Positions 40,238-50,127 of a DNA stretch of 53,243 nt are shown piece after piece. The notes under the pieces are model-generated. The model ran no database searches. It saw only the letters and a program-made list of their open reading frames with translations, and was not told the origin of the DNA. The stretch spans positions 1 through 53,243 of the forward strand of contig CAZFRA010000005.1 of the NCBI GenBank assembly GCA_964521165.1, given 5' to 3'. Position 1 is the stretch's first letter, and each line of letters begins with the position of its first letter. The position numbers and the translations under genes are program-made. This stretch comes from an uncultured Lachnospiraceae bacterium (GTDB lineage: Bacteria > Bacillota > Clostridia > Christensenellales > UBA1242).

Positions 40238-41550
40238 AACAATTCTCCTTTAAAATTTTCTCCATTAAAAGAAATAAATTTGACATTAACAAAATCACCA
40301 ATAGATACTTTTTCATTATATATAATTTCCACACCAAAGTCAACCGTTGGAGATAAAAATTCCGTATGACCAAAGAAATTTCCTGTCGAATTATCAAAAT
40401 TGTCCACCAAAACTTTAAATTCCTTGCCAAGTAACCTTTTTGCTTTTGCATAAACAATTTTGTGTTGTAATTTTTGCACTTTCTTAAATCTCGCCTTTTT
40501 CGTCCCAGTGCTCACCTGCTTATTCATATAGTAACTTGCAGTGTTTTCTTCGCGATAATATGGAAAGAAACCGGCAAAATCAAACTCTACTTCACTCAAA
40601 AATGTGCATAATTTTTTAAAGTCTGCTCTAGTTTCGCCCGGATATCCTACAATAAAAGTGGAACGCAAGTGAATGTTTGGATACTTCATTTTTATCATTG
40701 AAACAAGTGCTCTTGTGCCACTTTCGTCAAGACGACGACGCATACTTTTTAAAATTTTATCGTCGATATGTTGAAGTGGCACATCCAAATAATTGCAAAC
40801 CTTTGACTCAGTTGATATGTAATCCAATAATTCTTTTGTTATTTTCTCTGGATAAATATAATGTAGCCTTATCCACTGAATCCCATTGATTTTTGCAAGT
40901 TTTTTGAGAAGTTGAATTAGCCTGTTTTCTCCATATAAATCTTCACCATATCTTGAAACATCTTGCGCAACCAAAATAAGTTCTTTCACACCCATTTTTG
41001 CCACATCTTTTGCTTCATCCACAATTTCATCCATAGGAAAACTTATATATCGCCCTTTAATTCTTGGAATGGTGCAAAAAGAGCAACCATTACTGCACCC
41101 CTCGGCAATTTTGAGATATGCATAAGACGAATGATTTGTCAAAATTCTACCCTTTCGCTTCTTTTGTTCGGAAGGCGGATTGGAATATAAATTGTCGATA
41201 ATCTCGCAAACATTTTCGTTATCAGCAAGCGACAAAAAAGCATCTACTTCCTTGATTTCTTGTTGAAGTTCTTTCATATAGCGCTGTGAAAGACATCCAG
41301 AAACGATAACCTTTTCCAGTTTCCCTTTTTCTTTTAATAAGCACATATCAAAAATGTTGTCAATTGCTTCCTTTCGTGCTGGTTCGATAAAGGCGCAAGT
41401 ATTGACGACTACGATATCGGCATCTTGTACATCTTCCACAATCTGATAGCCGCCGTCACTTAACCTAAAAAGCATTTTCTCCAAATCAACACGATTTTTG
41501 TCGCAACCAAGCGAAATTGCTGAAACTTTTTTTGTTTGAAGTTCACTCAT
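40234..41550 (-). CDS. rimO: ribosomal protein S12 methylthiotransferase
   Basis: SLGCDKNRVD, NTCAFI, YLKIAEGCSNGCSFCTIP. Confidence 0.95.
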   Translation of the reverse strand: MSELQTKKVSAISLGCDKNRVDLEKMLFRLSDGGYQIVEDVQDADIVVVNTCAFIEPARKEAIDNIFDMCLLKEKGKLEKVIVSGCLSQRYMKELQQEIKEVDAFLSLADNENVCEIIDNLYSNPPSEQKKRKGRILTNHSSYAYLKIAEGCSNGCSFCTIPRIKGRYISFPMDEIVDEAKDVAKMGVKELILVAQDVSRYGEDLYGENRLIQLLKKLAKINGIQWIRLHYIYPEKITKELLDYISTESKVCNYLDVPLQHIDDKILKSMRRRLDESGTRALVSMIKMKYPNIHLRSTFIVGYPGETRADFKKLCTFLSEVEFDFAGFFPYYREENTASYYMNKQVSTGTKKARFKKVQKLQHKIVYAKAKRLLGKEFKVLVDNFDNSTGNFFGHTEFLSPTVDFGVEIIYNEKVSIGDFVNVKFISFNGENFKGELL

Positions 41551-41566
41551 AATTTATCCTTTGAAA

Positions 41567-44371
41567 TTAGTTTTGTTGATTGCCATAAATTTCGTTATAT
41601 TCATCCATTGTAATATAAACTTGTCGCCCTTTTGGCCCGTCACTTGGCGAGATATATCCAAGCTCTTCCATTTGATCAATAATTCTTGCTGCACGCGAGA
41701 AACCAATAGCAAAACGGCGTCTTAACATTGTCGTTGACGCTTGCCCGCATTCCACAACAATTTTAAGAGCAAGTGGAAAGAGTTCATCCAAATTGTTATT
41801 ATAATCCGCGCCACCATTCGCATTTTTGTTTGGATTTTCAATTTGTTCTTCAATTTTCTTGTCGAAAATTGGCTTGTTGTTGTCTCTAACAAAATCAACA
41901 ATATCATTCGTTTCCGCTGTTGTGATAAAGCATCCTTGCACACGCTTCGGATCTTGCGCACCAATAGGATAATAGAGCATATCGCCTTTACCTAGAAGTT
42001 TTTCAGCACCAACGCGACTCAAAATTGTGTTACTGTCGAACACACTGGTAACTGCAAAAGCAATACGTGATGGTATGTTTGTTTTGATAAGTCCAGTAAT
42101 AACATCAACGGATGGTCGTTGTGTGGCAAGAATAAGGTGAATGCCTGCCGCACGCGACTTTTGTGCAAGACGGATAATTTTTTCTTCCACTTCTTTTTTA
42201 CCTGTCATCATAAGGTCGGCAAGTTCGTCGACAATAATCAAAATGAACGGCATTTTCTTAACTTTACCAGAAACAACATCTTGCGTGGTGTTGTATTCGT
42301 CGATATTTTTCACTCTTGCCAGCCCTAACATTTCAAAACGATGATCCATTTCGTTAATAGCCCAGTTGAGTGTGTTGATTGATTTTTGAGTATCACATAC
42401 AACATTTGGCATAATAAGATGTGGAAGTTCGTTAAAAGAAGTAAATTCAACGCGTTTTGGATCGATAAGCACAATTCGAACATCTTCAGGTGAAGATTTG
42501 TATATAATACTTAAAATGATAGAGTTTAAGCAAACCGATTTACCTGAACCCGTCGAACCAGCCACAAGTAAGTGCGTAAGTTTTTGCATATTTGCCACCA
42601 TTATATTGCCAGAAATATCCTTTCCAAGCGCCAAAGTAAGTGGCGAAGAACTTTCTCTAAATTCACGACTTTCCAAAATATCGCGAAGACTCACAGTGGC
42701 AATTGATTTGTTTGGCACTTCCACACCGACAACGCTACGCCCCGGCACTGGAGCTTCAATTGTTACCGAACCTTCCGTCGCTAAGGAAAGCGCAATATCG
42801 TCTGCACGATTCTTAATTTTCGTGACTGGAACACCCGCCGGCATTTCAAGTTCGTATCTCGTAACCGCAGGACCAACAACAACACTTCGAACTTTTGCAG
42901 GAATTCCAAAATTTTCCAAAGTATTTTCCAGTTGTACTCGTTTTTCTGCAACATCATCACTCAAAGTGGAAAGGTCGACCGACTTTGTTGTGATAAGGTC
43001 AAGCGAAGGGCGTTCGTAAACATACGGACCTTCATCTTCTTCCACTTCCGGTTGTTCTTCTTGCTTTTCCACTTTTTCTTCTCGTCTTAACGAAAATCTA
43101 TCTCGCCTATCCGGAAATTCCGGTGCAAAATTATTGTCGCGATGCAAGAAACTATCCCGCCTTTCAAAAGAGTTTCTCGAGTTTAAATCGACGGTATTAT
43201 TATCGACAGCACTTTCATATTCTTCTGAATTTTCCGCCTTTTCTTCTATAACAGCGGAACGGATAATATCGTCAGCGTGTGAGATAATGTCAGACATAGG
43301 TTCAATTTCACTCTTAACTTCTTCCACATTTTCCATAAAACTTTCTTCGCGAACAAAAGGATTGTTGACATTTTGGAATTCATCACTACCTACTTGATTA
43401 ACTTCAATTTGATTATTATAATTTTCAAAACTACTTTCAATTTGGAAGTTTGGAGTGGTTCCAAAATCCATTCTTTCTTGTTTTAATATTTGTACATTTT
43501 CTTCAACTTCTTTTTGCTTTGGTGCATCCTTTTTGGATAAATCTTTAAAGTATTCTTCATAGTTTATTTCTGGCGGCGTCAAAATAAGTTCGCGTATAGA
43601 CTTAAACTCTTTCTTCGGTGTCGTTTTTGTTTCTGTTTTTGGAGCGTATTCATATGCCGTATTTCGCTTTTTGTCCAAACCTAAAATTTCGCGAGCAGTG
43701 AGAGCTTTCCCCTCCTTATTTACTTCTTCTTGCAAGTTACCATTCAAAACAACATTGACTTCTTCTTTTGGTTCTTCTTTTTCTGTAACCTTTTCTTCTT
43801 CAACAACTTTATTTTCTCTAACAAATCCTTTCTTTTCGTTCACCTCAATAGATTTAGTTTTCTTTTCCACTTTTTTGAAAACATTAAGGCTATCCAAAAA
43901 AAGTGCCAAACATAAAAGAAATGCCAAAATCAAAATGATATACGCTCCCGCTGTTGTTGCAAGGAAAAGAAGAGATGTCGTCACAAGCCCGGTGATAATT
44001 CCACCAGCTGTCCACTTGAGAGTGTAGTTAAGTGCCAAATATTCACCAAAATTAAGTTCGCCTGCCGGACCGACAATGATAAGTTGAATTATACACAAAA
44101 GGAAAAAGACCATAAAACACATAGAAAGAAGATAGCGCATACTCATTACATATTTTCTGTTGTTGACAAGCGCCAAGCCAACAACAAACAAGATAAAAAA
44201 AAGTGCGTAAGCAAAAACGCCAAAGGTTCCCAAAAGGAAAGTGAACATTACATCCCAAATACCCGTCAAAAAAAGATAAACAAAAGATGAAACGCCGATA
44301 AGGGTGAATCCAACAATCTTCTTTACATTTTTTTTGTCTTTCCTTTTGGAATTTAGTCTATAAACCGCCAT
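41567..44371 (-). CDS. ftsK: DNA translocase FtsK/SpoIIIE
   Basis: N-terminal TMs, HLLVAGSTGSGKS, IDPK, ATQRPSVDVITG, gamma domain RAARIIDQME. Confidence 0.95.
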   Translation of the reverse strand: MAVYRLNSKRKDKKNVKKIVGFTLIGVSSFVYLFLTGIWDVMFTFLLGTFGVFAYALFFILFVVGLALVNNRKYVMSMRYLLSMCFMVFFLLCIIQLIIVGPAGELNFGEYLALNYTLKWTAGGIITGLVTTSLLFLATTAGAYIILILAFLLCLALFLDSLNVFKKVEKKTKSIEVNEKKGFVRENKVVEEEKVTEKEEPKEEVNVVLNGNLQEEVNKEGKALTAREILGLDKKRNTAYEYAPKTETKTTPKKEFKSIRELILTPPEINYEEYFKDLSKKDAPKQKEVEENVQILKQERMDFGTTPNFQIESSFENYNNQIEVNQVGSDEFQNVNNPFVREESFMENVEEVKSEIEPMSDIISHADDIIRSAVIEEKAENSEEYESAVDNNTVDLNSRNSFERRDSFLHRDNNFAPEFPDRRDRFSLRREEKVEKQEEQPEVEEDEGPYVYERPSLDLITTKSVDLSTLSDDVAEKRVQLENTLENFGIPAKVRSVVVGPAVTRYELEMPAGVPVTKIKNRADDIALSLATEGSVTIEAPVPGRSVVGVEVPNKSIATVSLRDILESREFRESSSPLTLALGKDISGNIMVANMQKLTHLLVAGSTGSGKSVCLNSIILSIIYKSSPEDVRIVLIDPKRVEFTSFNELPHLIMPNVVCDTQKSINTLNWAINEMDHRFEMLGLARVKNIDEYNTTQDVVSGKVKKMPFILIIVDELADLMMTGKKEVEEKIIRLAQKSRAAGIHLILATQRPSVDVITGLIKTNIPSRIAFAVTSVFDSNTILSRVGAEKLLGKGDMLYYPIGAQDPKRVQGCFITTAETNDIVDFVRDNNKPIFDKKIEEQIENPNKNANGGADYNNNLDELFPLALKIVVECGQASTTMLRRRFAIGFSRAARIIDQMEELGYISPSDGPKGRQVYITMDEYNEIYGNQQN

Positions 44372-44561
44372 TACTCAAACCTCTACTTAATTATAACACT
44401 TTAAACAAAATCTTCAAACTTTTTTTAGATATAAATTTAAAATATTAAAATAATTTTAGCAAAAATTTTATATCTCTAAAATCAAAAAATAGTAAAAAAA
44501 CGAGCAAAAATAGCAAAAAAATCGATTTTTTTGGTAAAAAATATGAAAAAATAGCAATTTT

Positions 44562-45275
44562 TTATAATAAAGTGTCGCTTACGGTTGTAAGTTTGAAACC
44601 TTGCTCTTGCAAAGTTATAATAATATTTTCAAGCGCTTCCAAAGTTTTTTCGGTTGGATGCATAAGAACTAAATCACCACCTTTGGCGTCTTTTACCGCT
44701 CTCTCATAGATAATCTCAGCGTCTTTATCTCGCCAGTCAATTGTGTCGCGCGTCCACATAATTGTTTGATAGCCAAGCGTACTAGCAACTTCCACTGTAG
44801 TTTTAGAATACGCTCCACTCGGCGGCGCAAATAAACTCATATCAATTCCAAGCAGGTCTTTAACGATATCGTGTGTGGTCAAAATTTCTTTTTCAATATC
44901 TTCCTTCGAGAGTTTATCAAGGTCTTTGTGAGAATAAGCGTGATTGGCAATTTCGTGCCCACTGTCGTAAATTTTTTGGAGCATATCACTCTCTTTAACC
45001 GCCCAAGTCCCACCGACAAAAAAGGTGGTTTTGACGTCATATTTATCCAAAACCGCAAGTATATCGTCGATATACTCCGTTCCCCAATAAACATTTATCA
45101 TCAAAGAAATTTTATTACTATCTTCATTGCCACTATAATACACGCCATTGATAACAGTGGAAGTGGAAACAATACTCACTCCCAGCACAGCAAAAGTTCC
45201 CACGGTAAAAAGCATAAGAATGATGATGAAATTGACATAATAGCGGCGAAAGTTAATCACAAAAATTTTTTTCAT
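44562..45275 (-). CDS. polysaccharide deacetylase family (YlxY/PdaB-like sporulation type)
   Basis: MINVYWG, TFFVGG, HEIANH.YSH, FAPPSG, LMHPT. Start MKKIFV. Confidence 0.9.
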   Translation of the reverse strand: MKKIFVINFRRYYVNFIIILMLFTVGTFAVLGVSIVSTSTVINGVYYSGNEDSNKISLMINVYWGTEYIDDILAVLDKYDVKTTFFVGGTWAVKESDMLQKIYDSGHEIANHAYSHKDLDKLSKEDIEKEILTTHDIVKDLLGIDMSLFAPPSGAYSKTTVEVASTLGYQTIMWTRDTIDWRDKDAEIIYERAVKDAKGGDLVLMHPTEKTLEALENIIITLQEQGFKLTTVSDTLL

Positions 45276-45363
45276 ATAAAATAATATGAAAATTCGGTAT
45301 ATAAAATGCCAAAAAATAAAAGTGGACATTCACGTCCGCTTTTAAATTTTATTCTCAAAAATT

Positions 45364-46230
45364 TTATTCTTCATCCCAATTTTCGTTAAAATCATCAAAA
45401 TTTTCTAAATTTTTTGAATTTTTTTGCGAATTTTTTGCCAAAAAGTCATAGTAATCATAAATCAAGTCATTCAAATCACGCACCAAATATTTAACACTCT
45501 TAAACTTTTCCGAAACATAATTAATACCAACAATCAACCCATTTATCATTAGCAAATTTTTGGTTTCGCAACTTGCCAAAAGAGCATTTAAGATAAACTC
45601 AAAATCTTCCAACTGGTCTTTTTTCTTCTTTTCAAAATTTAATCTTGAAAGAATTTCGCGTGACACCTTTTGAACTTCTGCAATAAGAGTATCGATTTGC
45701 GGATATTGTTCTTCAAATGCTTTTTCTTCTTCCAACTTCTTTTCTTCCATCACTCTTTCTTTCATTTGCTTTTTGTGTTCTTCCACTTCACTTAAAGTAA
45801 CATTCTCGTCCACACCAAAAGCTTTACAGATGATAGTTCTAAATGGTCTTATAAATTTATCAAGAAAGTTTTGAGTTGGTGTCAACTTTCCTTCCTTGAA
45901 AAAAGTTTCCAAAAATCTTGTTATGTTAATTTTTCCGCTTTGAATATCATTAAAAACTGTCACCGTGAGCACCAACCGCTCTTTTTCGTTATGCGGAGCA
46001 ATAAATCTCCCGTTTTTAGTTTTAGAGTCAATAACAAACGCTTTAGTAAAAGTTTCTTCTTCATCAAAATCAGTAATTGCATCTGCAAGAAAAGTCAAAA
46101 TATCATCACTTTTTGTTATCGTGTTTAAAACTTCGTTAAGTTTTTTATTAATATCCAAAAATTTTCCGCTCAACATATCGTTGCAAGTAATCACAAAATT
46201 TTCCACTTCCACTCTGTTAAAATCTTCCAT
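45364..46230 (-). CDS. hypothetical protein (helical, acidic)
   Basis: 288 aa ORF with GGGGG SD. Confidence 0.75.
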   Translation of the reverse strand: MEDFNRVEVENFVITCNDMLSGKFLDINKKLNEVLNTITKSDDILTFLADAITDFDEEETFTKAFVIDSKTKNGRFIAPHNEKERLVLTVTVFNDIQSGKINITRFLETFFKEGKLTPTQNFLDKFIRPFRTIICKAFGVDENVTLSEVEEHKKQMKERVMEEKKLEEEKAFEEQYPQIDTLIAEVQKVSREILSRLNFEKKKKDQLEDFEFILNALLASCETKNLLMINGLIVGINYVSEKFKSVKYLVRDLNDLIYDYYDFLAKNSQKNSKNLENFDDFNENWDEE

Positions 46231-46341
46231 AAAGCCCCCTTTAACTCTTTTATCTTAACATAAATTTAAAAATTTTCAAATTAAAATACAAAGATAATTG
46301 ATTTTTTATTTAATTCGTGATAAAATTCTATTGGAGAAAAA

Positions 46342-46875
46342 ATGAGTTACGACGCGGTTACAAATAAACTTATTATTTTGTTTGTTATGGATAAGGTGGA
46401 AATGCCTCTCACCGAAAACTCTATCATTGAGATATGTTCAGTTAAAAACAACTGGCTGAATTATATGGATTGTTTAGATCTTTTGTATCAACTTTCGGAA
46501 GCAAAACTTATCTATAAAACACAGTGCAAAGAAGGCGAGATGCGCTATACCCTGACTTTTGAAGGACGCGACTGCCTTTCCTATTTTTATGAGAGAATTC
46601 CAAACAATTTGCGAGATGAGATAATGGAATACGCCAAAGCGAACAGAATGAATATTAAAATATCGCAAGAATATTATGCATCCTACACTGACAGCGATGA
46701 CGGCGCTTATCTGGTCACAATGAGAATTTATGAAAGTTTGATTTCCACACCACTCTTTGAAATTAAGGTCAAAGCACCAACAAGGCAGAGTGCGGAAGAG
46801 TGTTGCAAGAAGTGGCGTCAGCAAGCACCAAACATATATGAATACGTCTTTGACAATCTCATAAACACCGACTAA
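46342..46875 (+). CDS. DUF4364 family protein (wHTH-like)
   Basis: NKLIILF, PLT, NY...L.QL.E.KLI, YTLT.EG; C-terminal PT...A...C.KW...A..IY. Confidence 0.8.
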   Translation: MSYDAVTNKLIILFVMDKVEMPLTENSIIEICSVKNNWLNYMDCLDLLYQLSEAKLIYKTQCKEGEMRYTLTFEGRDCLSYFYERIPNNLRDEIMEYAKANRMNIKISQEYYASYTDSDDGAYLVTMRIYESLISTPLFEIKVKAPTRQSAEECCKKWRQQAPNIYEYVFDNLINTD

Positions 46876-46967
46876 ATACTTAAAAGTTTTTAATGTTTTT
46901 TGATCATTTTGCTTGCCAACGCGGCAGAAGATTTGTTACACTATAAATGCTTTAATAGGAGTTAAAA

Positions 46968-47804
46968 ATGAAGTATAAAATTGTAACTGAAGCATCAGTT
47001 GATATGCCAGAAAATTTTGTAAAAGAAAACGACATAACAATTTTGCCAATTGAACTTAATTTCAATGGAGAATTATTCCCAGAAGGATTGCCAAACGATG
47101 AGTTTTATTCAAAAATGGAAAAAACTGGCATAATCCCAAAAACTAGTCAGCCAAATCAATATAAATTTGAAACTGCACTGACGCCATATTGCAATAAAGA
47201 AGACTATTTCGTTTTGACAATCGTCATCTCGTCCGACCTTGCCGGCACAATCGCCCAAGCAAAAAATGCGGTGGAGAATCTCAATATGAAAAATGTTTAC
47301 ATCTGTGATTCTCAAGTCACAACTTTTGCCCAAGGCGCACTGATTATGGAAATTGTTAAATATATCAAAGAAAAAGAGCGTACCCCGCAAGAAGTTATTG
47401 ATGAATTGGAAAAACTTAAATCAAAAATTAAACTTGTGGCAGTTGTCAACGATTTGAAATATTTGAAGCAAGGTGGAAGAATAAGCGGAGCAGCGGCAGC
47501 ATTAGGAACCGTACTTGGCATCAAACCTATCATCTCGCTAGAAAACGGTAAAGTTGTCAACTGTGCCAAAAAGCGTGGCGAACAAGCAAACTTATATTTG
47601 CTCGACTGCGTTAAAAATCGCGACAAAAATTATCCTATCTATTTTGGCTATTCCGCAGACAGCAAAAATATCGAAAATTTTGTTAATAAGTATTGCAAAC
47701 AACTTGATGTTAACCCTGAAAACATTGAATATCACGGCATCGGTTGTGTGGTTGGCACTCACGCAGGTCCGGGGTGTTACGGAATGGTATACTTTTCAAA
47801 ATAA
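46968..47804 (+). CDS. DegV family fatty-acid-binding protein
   Basis: PKTSQP, ISS, YLKQGGRIS, IKPII, GTHAGPG. Confidence 0.93.
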   Translation: MKYKIVTEASVDMPENFVKENDITILPIELNFNGELFPEGLPNDEFYSKMEKTGIIPKTSQPNQYKFETALTPYCNKEDYFVLTIVISSDLAGTIAQAKNAVENLNMKNVYICDSQVTTFAQGALIMEIVKYIKEKERTPQEVIDELEKLKSKIKLVAVVNDLKYLKQGGRISGAAAALGTVLGIKPIISLENGKVVNCAKKRGEQANLYLLDCVKNRDKNYPIYFGYSADSKNIENFVNKYCKQLDVNPENIEYHGIGCVVGTHAGPGCYGMVYFSK

Positions 47805-47815
47805 AAACTTTCTAA

Positions 47816-47846
47816 AAATAACGGTCTTAAAAGGCTGTTATTTTTT
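47816..47846. terminator. terminator hairpin
   Basis: AAATAACGGTC-ttaaaa-GGCTGTTATTTTTT. Confidence 0.65.
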
Positions 47847-47946
47847 ATTCTGAACATAAACAAAATAAAAACAAAATCAATTAAAAGGTTAAAAAATAAT
47901 AAAAATTTAACAAAAAAACTAAAAAATAGTGCTTGTTTCGAAAAAA

Positions 47947-48165
47947 TTATAAGATTTTTCCAAATGGCTTAATTCGTTCGGCAATCATTTCAATACTGAA
48001 AATAAATTTATCCTTATCTTTTCTACATCTAACAATAAGATCGTTAGAGAGAATAAAATAGTTTTTAGCAATTGGTGTAATCTCGTCTTGTAAAATTTTT
48101 AAAATATTATTTACATTTTCAAATTTATCACGAACCAATATTTCTTCCAATCTCAAAGTTTCCAT
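47947..48165 (-). CDS. minE: divergent MinE-like topological specificity factor
   Basis: Directly after minD. RLEEILVRDK resembles the MinE contact helix RL.L.L..DR, followed by IL..LQDEI...AKNYF. Confidence 0.55.
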   Translation of the reverse strand: METLRLEEILVRDKFENVNNILKILQDEITPIAKNYFILSNDLIVRCRKDKDKFIFSIEMIAERIKPFGKIL

Positions 48166-48177
48166 TTCTTTCTCCTT

Positions 48178-48969
48178 TTAAACTCTCTTTTTGATGTTGC
48201 GTTTGAAATAACCTAAAATTCCACGATACTTATAAGTGCAATCAAAAATTTTCTTACTGCCACTGTGAATATTTTCTGAAAGTAAAGTAAATGCACGCGC
48301 ACTTTCAGTGTCTGTCAAAATTCTGCCGTCTGACGACATTTTTCCAACACTATCATCTTCGGGAATAACACCAATGAGAGATATATTCATCGCCTTAACA
48401 ATACTTTCAATATTGAGCATATCACCCGAAAGAAGCAAATCGCCACGCATCCTATTGATAACAAGATATTTGTTCTCGATGTGATATGAAGACAGAATTG
48501 AAATCACTTTGTCGGCATCTCGCAAACTCGAAAGATGTGGAGTAACCACAATTATTGCTTCATCCGCTGGATAAACCGCGCGATGAAATCCCGCTTCAAC
48601 ACCCGCAGGACAATCCAGAAGGATATAGTCGAAAGAGTGTTCAATAATATCGGTTATGTTCTTGATATGTTCACCGGTGATTTTTGACGATGCATAAGAA
48701 TGTGACGACGGCAAAAGATAAAGCGACGGGTAACTTAAATCTTGCACGAGCGCTTGCCTCACTCGACACTTTCCACTAACCACATCAGTTATATCAAAAA
48801 TAACCTGCTTTTCCAAGCCCATAACAACATCCAAATTGTTTAAGCCGATATCGATATCAAGCATACAAACACGAAAGCCTAATCTCGACAAATAGACTCC
48901 CAAATTCGCACAAACAGTGGTTTTACCAACTCCACCTTTACCACTTGTTATAACAATTTTTCTTGCCAA
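48178..48969 (-). CDS. minD: septum site-determining ATPase MinD
   Basis: TSGKGGVGKTT, DIGLNNLDVVMGLE, DCPAGVE.GF, SSLRDAD. TTG start. Confidence 0.95.
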   Translation of the reverse strand: MARKIVITSGKGGVGKTTVCANLGVYLSRLGFRVCMLDIDIGLNNLDVVMGLEKQVIFDITDVVSGKCRVRQALVQDLSYPSLYLLPSSHSYASSKITGEHIKNITDIIEHSFDYILLDCPAGVEAGFHRAVYPADEAIIVVTPHLSSLRDADKVISILSSYHIENKYLVINRMRGDLLLSGDMLNIESIVKAMNISLIGVIPEDDSVGKMSSDGRILTDTESARAFTLLSENIHSGSKKIFDCTYKYRGILGYFKRNIKKRV

Positions 48970-49113
48970 ATTTTTTCACCTCGACTCAATTATAAAACAA
49001 AAAGTTTACCTATACAAATAAAGGTTTAAATTATCTTGTCGTAATTTGTCTTTAAGTGTCAAAGTGAAAAATATTGAAAAAATAGATAAAAAAATGCAAC
49101 CAGAGTTGCATTC

Positions 49114-50115
49114 TTATAAATTCTTAACAATCTCACTTAAAAATTGAGGATCTGACAAAAGTTTTCCCGCACCAAGAATGGTCACATAATCTGGGTCGCT
49201 TGACATCTCAACTGGGTATTTTAATTTTTGTCGAAAATATTTGTCGAGTCCCTGCATTTTCGAGCAACCACCACACATCAAAATTTTGTTATTGATAATA
49301 TCCGTCACAACTTCCGGTGCAAGAGTGTTAATGGTCGTGTCAATTGCTCTCACAATTTCGCTATAAAATGGTTCAATAGCGTATCTAAGTTCATACGAAT
49401 GCATAAGCACATTTTTTGGCGATTTAGTTTTGGCATCAACACCGGTTATTTCCATATTCAAAGTGTCGTTATCATACAAACTTCCCACTTCGTTTTTGAG
49501 AGTTTCTGCGGTTGAAAGCCCGACGACCAAATTCTCCTTATACGCAAGATAGTTAACAATGGAAGCATCAATTGATTTTCCGCCAATCGATAAAGTAGCG
49601 CCCCTCAAAATGTTAGACATATTGATAACCGCAACATCGGTGTAAGTACCGCCGATATTCACCACCATATTCACGGTTGAACCGTCGATTTTTCGACCTT
49701 CTCCGATGCAAGAGCAAATAACTGCTGGGATAAGTTCAACATAACCCATATTTACCGCTTCACACACACGCAAAATATTATCTTTTTCGTGAGCGGTGAT
49801 TCCACAAGGTGTCAAGAAAATGACATTATCTTCATAGTCATTGAAATTAAGTTTGGAAAGAAAATATTTTAACAGCACCACGCTATATTCAAAATTGGAA
49901 TGTTCGCCATATACGCAAGGAGTGAAAATTTCGATATTATCCTTGGTTTTACCAATAAGTTTTTTTGCGTCTTGTCCAAGCGCGATAACTTTATAACCGT
50001 CTTCGGTCGGTTCGGCAGCAACAAGAGTTGGCTCTTTGAGAGCAAGCCCCTGCCCTTTTACATAAATATTTGTGAAGCCACCGCCCATTTCGATTGCATA
50101 CTTAAATTTTCTCAT
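49114..50115 (-). CDS. divergent MreB/Mbl-like actin-fold protein
   Basis: LKEPTLVA, AKKLIGKT, PCGIT..EK, MVVNIGG..TDVAVI, AE.LK..VGS, ILGAGK. Confidence 0.85.
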   Translation of the reverse strand: MRKFKYAIEMGGGFTNIYVKGQGLALKEPTLVAAEPTEDGYKVIALGQDAKKLIGKTKDNIEIFTPCVYGEHSNFEYSVVLLKYFLSKLNFNDYEDNVIFLTPCGITAHEKDNILRVCEAVNMGYVELIPAVICSCIGEGRKIDGSTVNMVVNIGGTYTDVAVINMSNILRGATLSIGGKSIDASIVNYLAYKENLVVGLSTAETLKNEVGSLYDNDTLNMEITGVDAKTKSPKNVLMHSYELRYAIEPFYSEIVRAIDTTINTLAPEVVTDIINNKILMCGGCSKMQGLDKYFRQKLKYPVEMSSDPDYVTILGAGKLLSDPQFLSEIVKNL

Positions 50116-50127
50116 ATATCCTCCTTT

